Part shown: piece by piece, positions 14,335 to 27,390 of the stretch
How positions within the stretch are numbered: the stretch's first letter is position 1
Layout: each line of letters opens with the position of its first letter
Assembly: GCA_951406725.2 (NCBI GenBank)
Contig: OX597825.1
Span: 12,152,001 to 12,216,000 of the forward strand
Source: Octopus vulgaris
Taxonomy: Eukaryota
DNA length: 64,000 nucleotides
Reading direction: 5' to 3'
The notes under the pieces: generated by a model
The model's input: only the letters and a program-made list of their open reading frames with translations
Told to the model about the DNA's origin: nothing
The model's database searches: none
Program-made: the position numbers and the translations under genes

Positions 14335-14555
14335 ATGTATGTGTGTGCTTGTGTGTCTGTGTTTGTCCCCCTAGTATTGCATGACAACCGATGCTGGTGT
14401 GTTTACGCCCCCGTCACTTCGCGGTTCGGCAAAAGAGACCGATAGAATAAGTACTGGGCTTACAAAGAATAAGTCCCGGGGTCGATTTGCTCGACTAAAG
14501 GCCATGCTCCACCATGGCCGCAGTCAAATGACTGAAAACAGGTAAAATAGTAAAA
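14139..14555 (+). mobile_element. SINE family A, full length
   Basis: Near-identical to 4838-5236. Confidence 0.9.
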
Positions 14556-15515
14556 GAGAGAGGAAAGAGTATACCTGTGTACGTGTGTTTGTGTGCGTGT
14601 ATGAAGAGAATGCAACTCGTGTGATTTACTATTTCGAGAGACATACCATTTCACATTATAATTATTTCAATCCACATCCACCAAATATGCTAATATTACA
14701 AACTTATACATTAGTGCCAGTTGCCTAAGTTTCCCTTTAACTTAATCTTAATTTCAAATTAAACAGCTTTAAGGATAATTCTTAATCGCCTTACCTTCAT
14801 AGCATTCGGTAGACATCAAGCACCAAATTTATTACCTCCCGTTATTCGAATATGTTCCCAATCCCCTTCGTTTTCTTCTCCTTCTCGACGTTACATCGTC
14901 CTCTGCTCCTTCATTTTCTAAAACCTTTTCATATATTCTCAGCCTGACCACACATTAGGTCGCTGCTCACAAGTCACTGTTGGTTCGCTTCTTTTTTTTC
15001 CCTATATCTTCTTTGTTATTTATTTTAAAGTCTCGCATTCATCACAGAACATATTAGTTTGTCTTATTTAAAATCTCTTTTCCTTCTTACTTACACAGTA
15101 TCTTCCTAACAGCTCAACACTATCCTTTCTATTTATTTAAACATATATTCGTCATGTCTATTTTCTATTACAAATGTAGATTTCTTTCTTTCTTTCTTTC
15201 TTTCTTTTTGCTTTTGAAGATTTCTTAACACAACAATTAATGATTCATATTTCAACATTGCATTGTAGTCTGTTTGCATTGCTAAATGTTCATATGTCTT
15301 TTTCCTTCAAGTAATTTAATATATTACGCCTGAATTTATTTGGCCATTTCAGCTCCGAAAAGTGATTGCTTCTAACTCAGCAGACTTCATCTTTCTTTCT
15401 CTCTCTCTCTCCCTCTCTCTCTCTCTCTCTCACTCACTCTCTCTCTCTTTTTCTCTCTGTATATATATGTATATATATATATATATATACAATATGTTAC
15501 ATTACTCGGTAGTCA

Positions 15516-15578
15516 AGATAAAACTCTGAGTTTCAGATGCCGAAGTGGAAATCCACAACACCATCTCTTCGGTTATCT
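15516..15578 (-). ncRNA. Hammerhead ribozyme motif (inverted pLTR copy), CCGAAGA core
   Basis: Reverse complement of 17001-17063 with one substitution in stem II. Confidence 0.65.
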
Positions 15579-15729
15579 GGCTATTTGAAAACGTTATGAA
15601 AAAATACCGTTAAAAATGAAGGGAAATTACTCTGTTATAACTCTGCTTTGCCTGCGTACTTATACATCGCTCGGATTTTTCGTCATAAAAATTATATAAA
15701 AATACATAAAAATATATAAAAATATAATA

Positions 15730-16805
15730 CAAATATAATACAGCTAATACAAATGGACCAGCACAAGATCGTTTTAGGAAGGATATTATCCAGTTAATGA
15801 AACACTTCGGACTTAGTATAACTATAGACACTAACCTGACGGTTGTCAATTTCTTAGACGTTTCCTTAGATCTTAATAATAATATTTATAAGCCTTATAG
15901 GAAGCCCAATGATAGACTAAGTTATATTAATGTAGGTTCATGCCATCCCCCTATAGTATTCAAAAATTTAGTTAAAAATATTAGTAAGAGGATTTCTAGC
16001 CTCTCATCTAATGAGGACATCTTCAATAGCGTTGCCCCAGTTTATAATAAAGCTTTAAAAGATAGTGGTTTTAGCGAACAAATAAAATATACACCTATCA
16101 CCAGCCCAACAGTAAGGAAAAGGAATAATAGAAATAGGAAGGTCATCTGGTTTACCCCCTTACTCACCCGAGGTGGCCTTCAATATAGGTAAATATTTCC
16201 TAGCACTGATAGATAGACATTTTCCAGTTAACCATGCTTATAGGAAACTCTTCAATAGACACAATTTAAAAATTAGTTTTAGTTCAACTACCAATTTTAA
16301 AAACATAATCAATCATAACATACAAAAAACACAAGAAGAAAACAGCTGTTCATGCAGGAATAAAGAATTGTGCCCGCTAAATGGAGCTTGCATGTCCAAG
16401 ACCATCATATATGAAGCTACCGTAAACTCTATAACCACTAAAGACACCGTTTCGACGAAGAAATACGTGGGCCTGACAGAGGGTAATTTCAAGGCCAGGT
16501 TCAATAACCACACTTTGAGCTTTAGGCACTGGAACAAAAGAAAAGCGACACAATTATCCAATCATATTTGGTCTTTAAGAGATAAAGGTGTCGATTATAA
16601 CATACAATGGGAGATTTTGGCCAGATGTAAGCCCTACACTAACGGCAGCGGAAGGTGCGGTTTATGCGACATGGAGAGATGGCTTATCTGGAAAAGCAGC
16701 TTAGACCCTACCACATGTCTAAATACAAGGACAGAGCTTTTCGGATCATGCCCACATGTGACTAAATTTCTGTTACGTTTTTGGTCCCCTAAAGAAAACG
16801 GATAG
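15730..16805 (+). pseudogene. Penelope-like RT C-terminus/thumb plus GIY-YIG endonuclease, 5'-truncated, one frameshift near 16160-16185
   Basis: Motifs VNFLDVSLDL, YKPYRKPNDRLSYINVGSCHPP and RKVIWF; linker CSCRNKELCPLNGAC (CxCx5C); IIYEATV...YVGLTEGNFKARFNNH; CGLCDME...LNTRTELFGSCPH. Confidence 0.92.
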
Positions 16806-17000
16806 AACATGCTTTCTGTGTTATGTCCCAAGAAGATTTTATATATTTTTTATATATTTTTATATATTTTTATGTATTTTTATATAATTTTTATGACGAA
16901 AAATGCGAGCGATGTATAAGTACGCAGGCAAAGCAGAGTTATAACAGAGTAATTTCCCTTCATTTTTAACGGTATTTTTTCATAACGTTTTCAAATAGCC

Positions 17001-17063
17001 AGATAACCGAAGAGATGGCGTTGTGGATTTCCACTTCGGCATCTGAAACTCAGAGTTTTATCT
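17001..17063 (+). ncRNA. Hammerhead ribozyme motif in the PLE 3' pLTR, CCGAAGA core
   Basis: Stem I AGAUAA/UUAUCU, core CCGAAGA, extended stem II GAUG..GUGG-AUUU-CCAC..CAUC, GAAA, quasi-palindromic stem III ACUC-A-GAGU, triplet GUU. Confidence 0.65.
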
Positions 17064-17158
17064 TGACTACCGAGTAATGTAACATATTGTATAGATAAAT
17101 TTCCTCTTTTACATAATATTGAGGTCTCTTTCTTTCTTTTGTTATCTTACCGTTTTAT

Positions 17159-17221
<63 letters not shown>

Positions 17222-17584
17222 AATGTAACAAAATACAAACTGGGACAAGAACGTGAAACATTTAGAAGACGATACAAAGAACACGGGCGGGACATTCGAA
17301 GCCTTCAATCTTCAGTCAAGAACCGGATCATCTTCGCAATGACCCTGCTTGATGCTGATATTACGGTAATTTCAACGAACTCGGCGATCTACTGTTTCAA
17401 AGCAGTCAATTATTTTCATGACTGTATTTTAGTTAAGGCTATTTATTTCATGTCTGTCCAGAGTTCCCTCTCTTAGGTATTTTCCATTGACATCGACTAA
17501 AGAGCTAGATATATGTCTGGGAATCCTGTTAGATACTGTGTCTTTCCTGGGTAGATATGGTGTGTTTGTAAATTTTTAGAGAAG

Positions 17585-17920
17585 CATGGCTCAGTGGTTA
17601 GAGCAATAGGCTCACAATAATGAGGTAGTGTGTTAGATTCCTGGAACAGGGTCTGTGTTGTGTTCTTGAGCAAGACACTTTATTTCACATTGCTCCAGCT
17701 TAATCAGCTGTAGAAATGAGTTGCGATATCACTGGTGCCAAGCTGTATCGGCCTCTGCCTTTCACTTGGATAACACCAGTGGCGTGAAGAGTGGAAATCC
17801 GTATGCACGGGCGACTGCTAATCTTCCGTAACCGACCATGACCAGATTTGCGCCTGGAAGTAGAACTTTCTATCTAGGTGCATCCCAAAATCATTCATGA
17901 CTGAAGGAGGTCTTTACCCT
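17585..17920 (+). mobile_element. Diverged tRNA-derived SINE (family C-like head, different tail)
   Basis: CATGGCTCAGTGGTTAGAGCA...GATTCCTGG...TGTGTTCTTGAGCAAGACACTTTATTTCACATTGCTCCAG. Confidence 0.7.
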
Positions 17921-18094
17921 CAACACCTATTTATTACTAGAGAGAATTTTCCTCCACAGTACATGCAGAGAATTTGCCTTTTAGCAGTTGGAATATGTCT
18001 CAAACATATTTTAACTAACCTAAACTTGGTCTGTGTATATACATACATATATATATATATACTTTATTTAAAGCAGCAGAAAATTCAACAAAAT

Positions 18095-18132
18095 CTGTTA
18101 CTCTGAGTTTCTCGTTGCCGTTCATCAGACAG
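18095..18132 (-). ncRNA. Minimal type-I hammerhead ribozyme, intact core
   Basis: The minus strand reads CUGU-CUGAUGA-ACGGCAACGA-GAAA-CUCAGAG-UA-ACAG: stem I CUGU/ACAG, stem III ACUC-A-GAGU, GUA triplet. Confidence 0.72.
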
Positions 18133-18146
18133 TTTTCTAACAAAAA

Positions 18147-18184
18147 CTGTCTGATGAACGGCAACGAGAAACTTAGAGTAACAG
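18147..18184 (+). ncRNA. Minimal type-I hammerhead ribozyme, intact core
   Basis: CUGU-CUGAUGA-ACGGCAACGA-GAAA-CUUAGAG-UA-ACAG. Confidence 0.7.
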
Positions 18185-18699
18185 ATTTTGTTGAATTTTC
18201 TGCTGCTTTAAATAAAGCATATTACTCTACCACTGGTATTTGAGTACTCTCTTTTTCCACCTTGTTTCACATTTATGTGTTTACTCCGGTATATATATAT
18301 ATATATATATGCCTGTGTGCGTGTGTGTGTCTGTGTATCGACCAGAAAATAACATCACTTACTGATAATGCATCGAGTAGCTCCTTAGCACTTAAGAAAA
18401 TTTTCATTAATCATGTTCGCTATAATTACTACAATGCTGGTACTCAAATCATTCTTGAAATATTTTATTTTCTTTTCCAAAATTCGTAATACGCATCTTT
18501 CCAAATTGTCCCCTTCGTTTATTAATAACGCATCTTTCAGTTGAATGATATGCATCATTCACATAGTAGAATCTTTTGGCTGTAAAAACCAAATCATTTA
18601 ACGCATCCTTATATATCTCTTTTTATGTATGTTTGTATATATATATATATGTACTTGTATAAGAAGATATATGCATATGTATATATATATATATATATG

Positions 18700-18736
<37 letters not shown>

Positions 18737-19442
18737 GTATTTATGTATTTATGTATGTATGCATGTATGTATATATGAATGTATGTATGTGTGTGCATGC
18801 GCCTATATATCTGTGTAATTGTGTGTGTGTTTCATTACCTGCAAATCATTACTCGAAATACCAAATGATTCTATTACATGCATGATTATTTTGTTATGAC
18901 TCAGTGAAAGAAAGAGAAATTTAATGCTCTTTTGAGCAGAGATTTGGTTATCAGTGGATGAAATTAAATTATGTCAAATTGGGCGAATTTGCATAATTTA
19001 ATGTTGCCATTTTCATTGAGTCAAGCAGTAACAAGAATAACGTTATTTTGTAAATGAAAATTGGTTGTTATATTTAGATCTAGAAAAAAGTGTCTAAGTC
19101 ATATGTATTCTCTATAATCGCTACTGCTAGGGTTCGCGAATCTGTTGGCTTACTCAGAAAACAGCTTATGGTCCTAGAATGGAAAGTAAAGCTTCAATAT
19201 TCGGAAACATTTCACTGTGTAATCTTTGTCTAATTCATTCCGAACTTAGATAGAAAAGTTGAACCGTATTATACTAAGTGAATTATTTTATATTAGAGTT
19301 ATTACTTGTAAAGAACGAAAAATTAATATCAAAGTTATTAGTGAAATATCTTATGTATATTGCCCGGCCTTCACAATTAAACTGAGAGTATTGATATGTA
19401 TCTACATTTAGGCTGTTGTGACATCTTCGCTGGCATATATAT

Positions 19443-19546
<104 letters not shown>

Positions 19547-19737
19547 ATATATATATATGTATATGTATATGTATAAGTTGATGAAATAGTAAGACAACAA
19601 AAGGAAGAAAGAGACCTCGATACTATGTAAATATAGGAATTTATCTGTAAATTTAATATGCGAAACTTCGGTAGCCATGAAAAATCTCCGAGTTTATGGT
19701 CTATATATATATATATATATATATATTCTTAAACACG

Positions 19738-19808
<71 letters not shown>

Positions 19809-19811
<3 letters not shown>

Positions 19812-20057
19812 GCGCCCTTTTCAAGCCTAACCGGGCTCATGGGCCCGAATTCACGGTTTCTATGGCGTATGTGTTCCCCAGCTGGATGGGACACCCATCC
19901 ATCGCAGCGTCACTAATTTTTGCCAGCAGAGTGGACTGGAGCAACGTGAAATGAAGTGTTTTGCTCAAGAACACAACGCGTCGCCCGGTCCAGGAATCGA
20001 AACCACAATCATACGATCATGATGCTGACGCATTAACCACTAAGCCACGCGCCTCCA
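19809..20057 (-). mobile_element. tRNA-derived SINE family C (V-domain-like body)
   Basis: Minus-strand head GGAGGCGCGTGGCTTAGTGGTTA...GGTTTCGATTCC and body CTGCGATGGATGGGTGTCCCATCCAG...GAAACCG. Similarity to the V-SINE domain is from recall. Confidence 0.8.
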
Positions 20058-20581
20058 CACACACACACACATTGCAAAAAAGAAGAGCTCACATGTAATT
20101 GAGATAAAAAAAAACATTTATCAGAGAACAAAGATCAAATTCCAGTCAACGACTTTATGTAATACCCCGCATCCAAACAATGAATCAAATATAAGTATTA
20201 CCTTGGCCTTCAACACATGAACAATATGTATATAAAAAAAATACAGAAGGTATAAGATATATATGCGAATAAAATACAGATATATAGAACAGCCTATCAC
20301 GAAGGTATATACAGTCGACTAAAAAACTTTTCTTACACCTCTCAAATGATAATATGTCAAAAAATTTCACTTAATAAAAAACATGGTATATGCAGTCACA
20401 AATATACATGTCCTCATGTGTGTGTGTGTGTGAATTAACAAAAACAGCTAGGTACAATGTGAAGCCGTTAAGGGGAATTATAGTCAACTAAACGTGATTA
20501 AGTGCGTTAAGACAACTAAATTGCTAGTAATAAGTGCTAAAACGCTCCAATGCTGTTGTAAAGCACCCAACATATTCTTTT

Positions 20582-20810
20582 TTCTTTACTACCCATAAGG
20601 GACTACACACAGAGGGAACAAACAAGGACAGACAAATGGATTAAGTGGATTGTATAGACCCCAGTGCGTAACTGGTGCTTATTTAATCAACCCCGAAAGG
20701 ATGAAAGGCAAAGTCAACCTTGGCGAAATTTGAACTCAGAACGTAGCGGCAGACAAAATACTGATAAGCATTTCACCCGGCGTGCTATCGTTTCTGCCTG
20801 ATCGCCGCTC
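20582..20810 (-). mobile_element. SINE family E
   Basis: Matches 11255-11486. Confidence 0.85.
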
Positions 20811-22148
20811 ACATAACATATATTCTGATTGGGGCTGCAATCGCCCAGAACACCGATCCGAGGATTCCTTAGACTGACCTCAGAAAAGAATAATTGTTTA
20901 TTAGTTTATTTTAATTCATATTTTCCTAGGTAATCAAATATAGCGCAACAAATGAACAAAATATAAACGAATTCAAATGTTTATTTTATTGCATTTAAGA
21001 ATATTTCGTTTGTTGCTTGAAAATGCTTGTGCCACATATGCACAGATGTGTGTTTCTGTATAATGTGTCTTTCGGAAACTCAGTAAACACCTGATTTAGG
21101 TGGAAATTTGAACGAGTAAACTAGCAAAACATGCTTTGTCACGAATGTAGAAGAAAAATATGAATGAAATGAAGTAAAGAATAAGTAAATAAATGTGCTT
21201 AGAAATAATGTCTGTCAAATGTTTGAGGTACAAATGCGTAAATGTTTCCGAAATAAAGTATTGAAATAAAGAAAAAAAACGAAAACACTTTTCTATTGCG
21301 TGTGCATATTCTTTTAAATTCTGCCATTAGCTGTTTAACGTTAAGCGAACCTCAGAATAGAATCAAAGAGACAAATACAAATAGTTGGAAGGAAAAAAAT
21401 TTGATCTGATTTTCAATTATATCTTGTTGCCCTTTATTCCTGTTTTTACTTTGTCTTTACTCTGTATATATATTTAACTATTTATTCAGAGTGTGTTTTC
21501 CTCGCCAGAGAGTCCGTTATATCTAAGTCATGTTTAATCAAGAACGAGAAATAAAGTAAAATAAACAGCGATAACGCAAATAAAAGAACGTTTGCTCTGT
21601 CTGATATATTTCATGATTCGGTCTACTTTGGAGATCTTACAACTTTTAATGCTTTCGCGTTTCACATACACAAAAACAAAAATGTTAGAAATAAGTAAAT
21701 AAAGAGAAGCGTTTGCAAAGAAAACAAAAATTACTACTTGGACATCTGTAATGTCTCTCATAACAGCGATTGGATCATTAGAAAAAAGTTAGAAAGGAAA
21801 GATGTAAATACGAAAGAGTCAACGAGTGTGATGCATTTATAAGAATCCGAGTGTAAATGTGGTGCCAATGATTGGTGAGTATCAGAAGTTGTTGTGACAT
21901 AAACATTTTGCTATTAAATTTAACAATAATAACAAGTATACTCAACAAAATTAGTGGAATCGAAGTAAAGAAAATATGGAAAGCTCGCAATATTTTTTAC
22001 TTTTTTTTCTCAGTAACCTATTTTCTACAAAAGAAACTGTAATTTTCACTTCATATGTTTTTTTTCTTTTTGTAATGAATAGCAGTTTGGGTTTATCTGT
22101 ATTGATTGCTGGTGATGATAATCGAAGTGTATGCTTTGATCTTACGGG

Positions 22149-22167
22149 AGATGAAGACGACGACGAC

Positions 22168-22220
<53 letters not shown>

Positions 22221-22290
22221 CGATGATGACGATGATGACGATGATGACGATGATGACGATGATGACGATGATGATGGCGATGATGATGAC

Positions 22291-22338
<48 letters not shown>

Positions 22339-22560
22339 AATGATGATGGTGATGATGATGGTGATGATGATGATGGTGATGATGATGAGGATGATGAGGA
22401 TGATGATGATGATGACGATGATGAGGACGATGATGATGACGATGATGACGACGTTGACGATGATGATGATGACGATGATGACAATGACGATGACGATTTC
22501 GACGACGACGATGATGATGACGATTTCGACGACGACGATGATGATGATGACGGCGGTGAG
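22149..22560. repeat. Compound (GAT/GAC)n trinucleotide microsatellite
   Basis: About 400 bp of GAT/GAC/GGT triplets; explains the poly-D/S/M/H ORFs. Confidence 0.95.
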
Positions 22561-23399
22561 GTAACGATGTGCACAACTCTAATAAGGAATAAAGTGATGG
22601 TGATGATGCTGATGACGTGGAGGAAAACGGCAACGATGGCTGTCATGATGGTAAGAGACGAGAAGAGGGTTGGTGTTGAAAAAGAGCACATGTTTTCTGA
22701 ACTTTTTTTTGTTTCCTGGATAAAGAACAGGTTTATGATATACAACTCTCCATTAACCAATAATATTCAGACTTTGAAAAATATACATTTCCTCTTAGCG
22801 TTTCTGAGTTATGTTATACCATGAATCAAAAGTGATCTTTTCTTACCAAAGGCACATGCAACACCAGAGACAGAGTTATTTCGATTTGCAATAGTTTATT
22901 TTAACTAAGCCATCATGTCATTTCCATAGATTTAAATGCAAAGGCCAAGTAAAACTTGTGCGAACAGCAACATATTTTTTATCAACATTCCTGTTATAAA
23001 ATATCGAACTGATCGATTCTTTAGAGTGCCTGATAAAGTTATTATTCTAGCTTTCTTATTTCGAATACTTCAAAAATATAATTACCCTTACATCATTTCA
23101 TGAAGTGATGAAGTAAAGGAACGGTTTTCTACAGGAACCATTTTTTCTCTCTATTTTTCTTCCTGGCAAGACGAAACATTGACACAATCTGCAATAGGCC
23201 AAAAATTAATGCTGTGTTTTTAATATATATTTCAAAATACATAATACACTTAAAAGAAAAGTATTTGAATTCGAATGTGTTTAACAGTTAATTACACTTT
23301 ATAATATATGGGAAAATAAATTCCAGAGAAATATTCGGAAGTTTTGTAAAAGACGAAGCACTGGAATTAGTATAAGAGCCTAAATACTCATTTTGTATA

Positions 23400-23662
23400 A
23401 AAGTAAATAATAAATGCGCCCTTTTAATGTCTAGCCAGGCTCATGGGCACGGTTTTCCGGTTTCAATGGCGTATGTGTTCCACAGCTGGACGGGACGCCA
23501 GTCCAACGCAGCGTTACTCATTTTTGCCAGCTGAGTGAACTGGAGCGACGCGAAATGAAGTGTTTTGCTCAAGAACACAACGAGTCGCCCGGTCAAGGAA
23601 TCGAAACCACAATCTTATAACCATGATGCTGACACCCTAACCACTAAGCCACGCGCCTCCAC
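23400..23662 (-). mobile_element. SINE family C with 14-bp TSD
   Basis: Matches 19809-20057. ACTCATTTTGTATA occurs at 23386-23399 and 23663-23676. Confidence 0.9.
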
Positions 23663-24799
23663 ACTCATTTTGTATACATGCCTATAAAAAACAGAGTAAT
23701 CGACAGAACTTTTCACACCACGAATAAAGCGAATAACGCGTCACGGGTTAATATGCTTTCCAAATCATAAAGGGCAAAATGCAGAACAAAAATATGCATT
23801 TTAGTGTACAAGAGATAAATTCAAAATAAAATAAAAATTACAGAAATCTAATCTTCTCATCGAAGATTTTAAGCATATTAGAAAAAGTAACATGAAATAC
23901 AATCATATTGCATTTATCACAAACCAGTTGGTTAAGATTATAAATTATACATACCGGATACAAAGATGACAAATCACACTATTTGATTTAGAATTGTTCC
24001 TGTTAATGTCTCGGCAGTATGGTATATAAATAGCAATTCAAAAAATATTCATTCTTCATCGGAATATATGAAACATGACGTTCTTTGTGGTACTCCTTTA
24101 TGGATGTAGCCGATTGCTTATACACAATGGGTCTGATCGATTATTTCAGACTTAAAATATTTCTAGGAATTATGTGCGTATTTGCCACTTGGACAATGAA
24201 TTCACCTTTTTCAAAGACGAAATTGAATAATGTAATTCGATTTACAGAATTATTTTAGAAAACTTTCCTATTTTCTATAAGTATATTATATTAAATATTC
24301 ACCTAAAAACATCTAATCGAAACTGTCTCCTTAATTTCACAGATAAGAAAGGTACTAATAATCAACTACTACAAAACACAGCAAAAAATATAGAATTATT
24401 ATGAAAGAAAATGAAGAAAACCTGAAAAATTGGTGAAGATTTAACAAGAGATCTTGGCAACTTGTCGAATTAGTAGATACGGAAAACGTTATGATTGCTT
24501 CAAGCTGCAGAATATTTCTAAATGAAAAATAATAAGAATAGATAGAAAGCGGTTTAGTGTGAATATATTGCCAAACTATCTTCAATATCGTGGTATTATC
24601 AGATGAGATACTGGTCATAAATAAGCCAGTCTAATATTAAACTGATGTAAAAAGAGGCTAAACTGTAAATACGCAAAATCCTCTTTCAAGACGTATATTT
24701 ACCGTTGGTTTTATACACGCTTTCTTTCTTTATTTGTAGCATTACTAACAGAAAGGATAAATGTATATATATGTATGTCTATGTGCATGTATATGCATG

Positions 24800-24844
<45 letters not shown>

Positions 24845-24898
24845 TTATAAATACATAACCTCATACACCTACATACACACATATATACATACACACAA

Positions 24899-24929
<31 letters not shown>

Positions 24930-24944
24930 AATATATATATATAA

Positions 24945-25110
24945 TTCACATTTACAGGAAAAGCAAAAGACGAAGACAGGTGTATAAACAACCAGCAGGT
25001 GTATTAGTTAGACGCTCGAAAAGGTGAGAAAGTCTTCTACGTTTCGAGCCGACGCTCTTCAACAGAAAGGAACACGAAAAAATAAACAGAGAGAGAATAA
25101 ATAAAAACAT
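24945..25110 (-). mobile_element. pLTR remnant with degenerate HHR (family of 8340-8492)
   Basis: The minus strand reads CTGTTGA-A-GAGC-GTCG-GCTC-GAAACGTA-GAAG. Confidence 0.55.
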
Positions 25111-25117
25111 ATAAAGG

Positions 25118-25740
25118 CTTCTCGTTCAGGGTGAAAAGTAGACCGTATGATACATGTGTGCGAACTGCCATGCTACACGGCTGTGAAACATGGGCAATGA
25201 CTGCTGAGGACATGCGTAGGCTTGAAAGAAATGAAGTTAGTATGATCTGATGGATGTGTAGTATCAGTGTGTAAACGCCCTGAGAGAGAAGTTAGACAGA
25301 AGAAGCACTAACTGTGGTTTGCAAGGGAGACGACTGCGCTGGTATGATCATTTGTTACGTATGGATGAGGACAGCTGTGTGAGGAAAACTACACCGTAAC
25401 CGTGGAAGGAACCTGTTGAAGAGGTAGATCCACGATGACATGGTATGAGGTACTGAAGCATGACCTTGGAACATCGGTACTCCCGGAGGCAATGGCAGGA
25501 GACCGAGACCTTTGGAGAAATGTTATTGAGAAGACTCGGCAAATAAAGTGAGATCGCAGCCATGTCCGATGCCAGTGCTGCATGTCCGGCTTATTTGAGA
25601 ATACCCTTGATGCGTCGAATGATATGATATGCTTGAGAAGACCTGTTGAGTGAAGTAAAATCATGGTAGCTGTGGCCAGTGCTCCTTGACTCGCTTCCGT
25701 CCTGCGTTGGGTCAAATCACTATCCTATAAAAAGCGTGCT
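25118..25740 (+). pseudogene. RTE-clade LINE 3' end (RT C-terminal region plus 3' UTR), degenerate
   Basis: Translates to VKSRPYDTCVRTAMLHGCETWAMTAEDMRRLERNEVSMI*WMC...RRLRWYDHLLRMDEDS...RGRSTMTW...DRDLWR, with a stop near 25551. Confidence 0.88.
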
Positions 25741-25774
25741 CTCGTTGTTTCAGTTTACACACATTTGAAACTTT

Positions 25775-25841
25775 CTATAGCCTCGTGCCGACCAAAGCCT
25801 TTTGAGTGGATTTGGTTGACGGAAACTGAAAGAAGCTCGTC

Positions 25842-25877
<36 letters not shown>

Positions 25878-26003
25878 TATAACTATATCTGTGTGTGTGT
25901 GTGTTTGTGTGTGTTTGTTTGTCTCCCCCACTCACAAGGCTTTGGTCGGCCCGAGGCTATAACAGAAGACACTTTCCCAAGGTGCCACGCTGCGGGACTG
26001 ACC
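25775..26003. mobile_element. Two inverted, fused family A SINE fragments
   Basis: CTATAGCCTCGTGCCGACCAAAGCC...GAGTGG (+), then CCACTCACAAGGCTTTGGTCGGCCCGAGGCTATA (-). Confidence 0.8.
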
Positions 26004-26971
26004 ATTTTTGTAATATACCATATGTGTATGTATATGTGCGCGTTGATGTGCGTCTCGATGCGCAAGAATCCTGGCCTATGTTTATGTTTATTGATATGAA
26101 ACCAGGTTTGAGACAAACATCGTAACCAATATTGGGATAAATATCGATTTATATAATAATTACCAAACTAAAATAAATACTGAGGTCAGTATGATCAAAT
26201 AAACGCCTCGAGGGCCTTGCGGCAGCATAACTACGGTCCAAAGAAACCTATAAATGAATAATCATATATGTGTCCGCCTGACATAATTATTAAAATAGAT
26301 GTACTTGGAATTCTTCTCGGTAAATCGATTGATTTCTTCCATGCAGAATATTCCTCACAGGGATAAAGAAATCCTATTTTATTACATGTCTAACACAGTT
26401 GAAATAGATAACGTGTGATAAGAATACAACAATAACAATTTGTATGGAGGACATAATTAACAATCATAGTAACAAAAGCTGAAAGCCATAGCGTGGTTCA
26501 CGATGAAGAAGTAAACGATTCACCTCCAAAACACAACAATTAGTCTGAACACATATTTTTAGATGCATGATTTTCTCAGCACAATCACACAAGATTCGTA
26601 GCATAAAAATGTAAGATTAATATCAATTAAGTATGAACTTTTACACTGAAGCAAAATGTACCTAGTTTGACAGCAACCAATGTATGTTTAGTTCAGTACT
26701 TCATCAATAATACTTCGCATAAGTCTTATTGTATTTTCTTCGCTTAGTTCATTTAACATGCAGCGACCATGGCAAGAGTTGCCGCCTGTATTTCCTAGAA
26801 TAATATAAGGTAATAGTAGTACTGTCTCGTTTGACTTCCCTTCAATACGTAACTATTACCAATGTGATATCTGTAAGTTTCACTGCATTCAACGCCTGCT
26901 ATAATATGTGTTGTTTCAGACTTCCAGGAGGTAGTGCAGGAAAATGACGGAAGAATTAGCAGTAGTAGTAG

Positions 26972-27359
26972 TGGTGGAAGCACTCCGTCGGTTACGACGA
27001 CTAGGGTTCCGGTTGATCCGATCAACGGAACAGCCTGCTCATGAAATTAACGTGTAAGTGGCTGAGCACTCCACAGACATGTGTACCCTTAACGTAGTTC
27101 TCGGGGATATTCAGCGTGACACAGAGAGTGACAAGGCCGGCCCCTTGAAATACAGGTACAACAGAAACAGGAAGTAAGAGTGAGAGAAAGTTGTGGTGAA
27201 AGAGTACAGCAGGGATCACCACCATCCCCTGCCGGAGCCTCGTGGAGCTTTTTAGGTGTTTTCGCTCAATAAACACTCACAACGCCCGGTCTGGGAATCG
27301 AAACCACGATCCTACGACCGCGAGTCCGCTGCCCTAACCACTGGGCCATTGCGCCTCCA
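26972..27359 (-). mobile_element. SINE family B, full length, in a (TAG)n tract
   Basis: Reverse complement of 12548-12931 with high identity; AGTAGTAGT on both flanks. Confidence 0.92.
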
Positions 27360-27390
27360 GTAGCAGTAGTAGTAGTAGTAGTAGATGATA

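Larger units (their letters stand above)
15488..17162 (+). mobile_element. 5'-truncated Penelope-like element (probably Naiad-type) with inverted 5' pLTR
   Basis: 15488-15726 is the reverse complement of ~16850-17092. The interior encodes an RT C-terminus plus GIY-YIG endonuclease. A related pLTR end lies at ~19578-19700 (-). Confidence 0.92.
18056..18291 (+). mobile_element. Fold-back pLTR element (family of 122-366) with two HHR motifs
   Basis: Inverted arms span 18062-18217. The unpaired tail 18218-18291 is the reverse complement of ~124-195. Confidence 0.8.

Noticed and set aside
21951-22824. 282-aa poly-Asp and 269-aa poly-Ser ORFs
   Set aside because: They are open only because of the (GAT/GAC)n microsatellite; the flanking residues are not protein-like.
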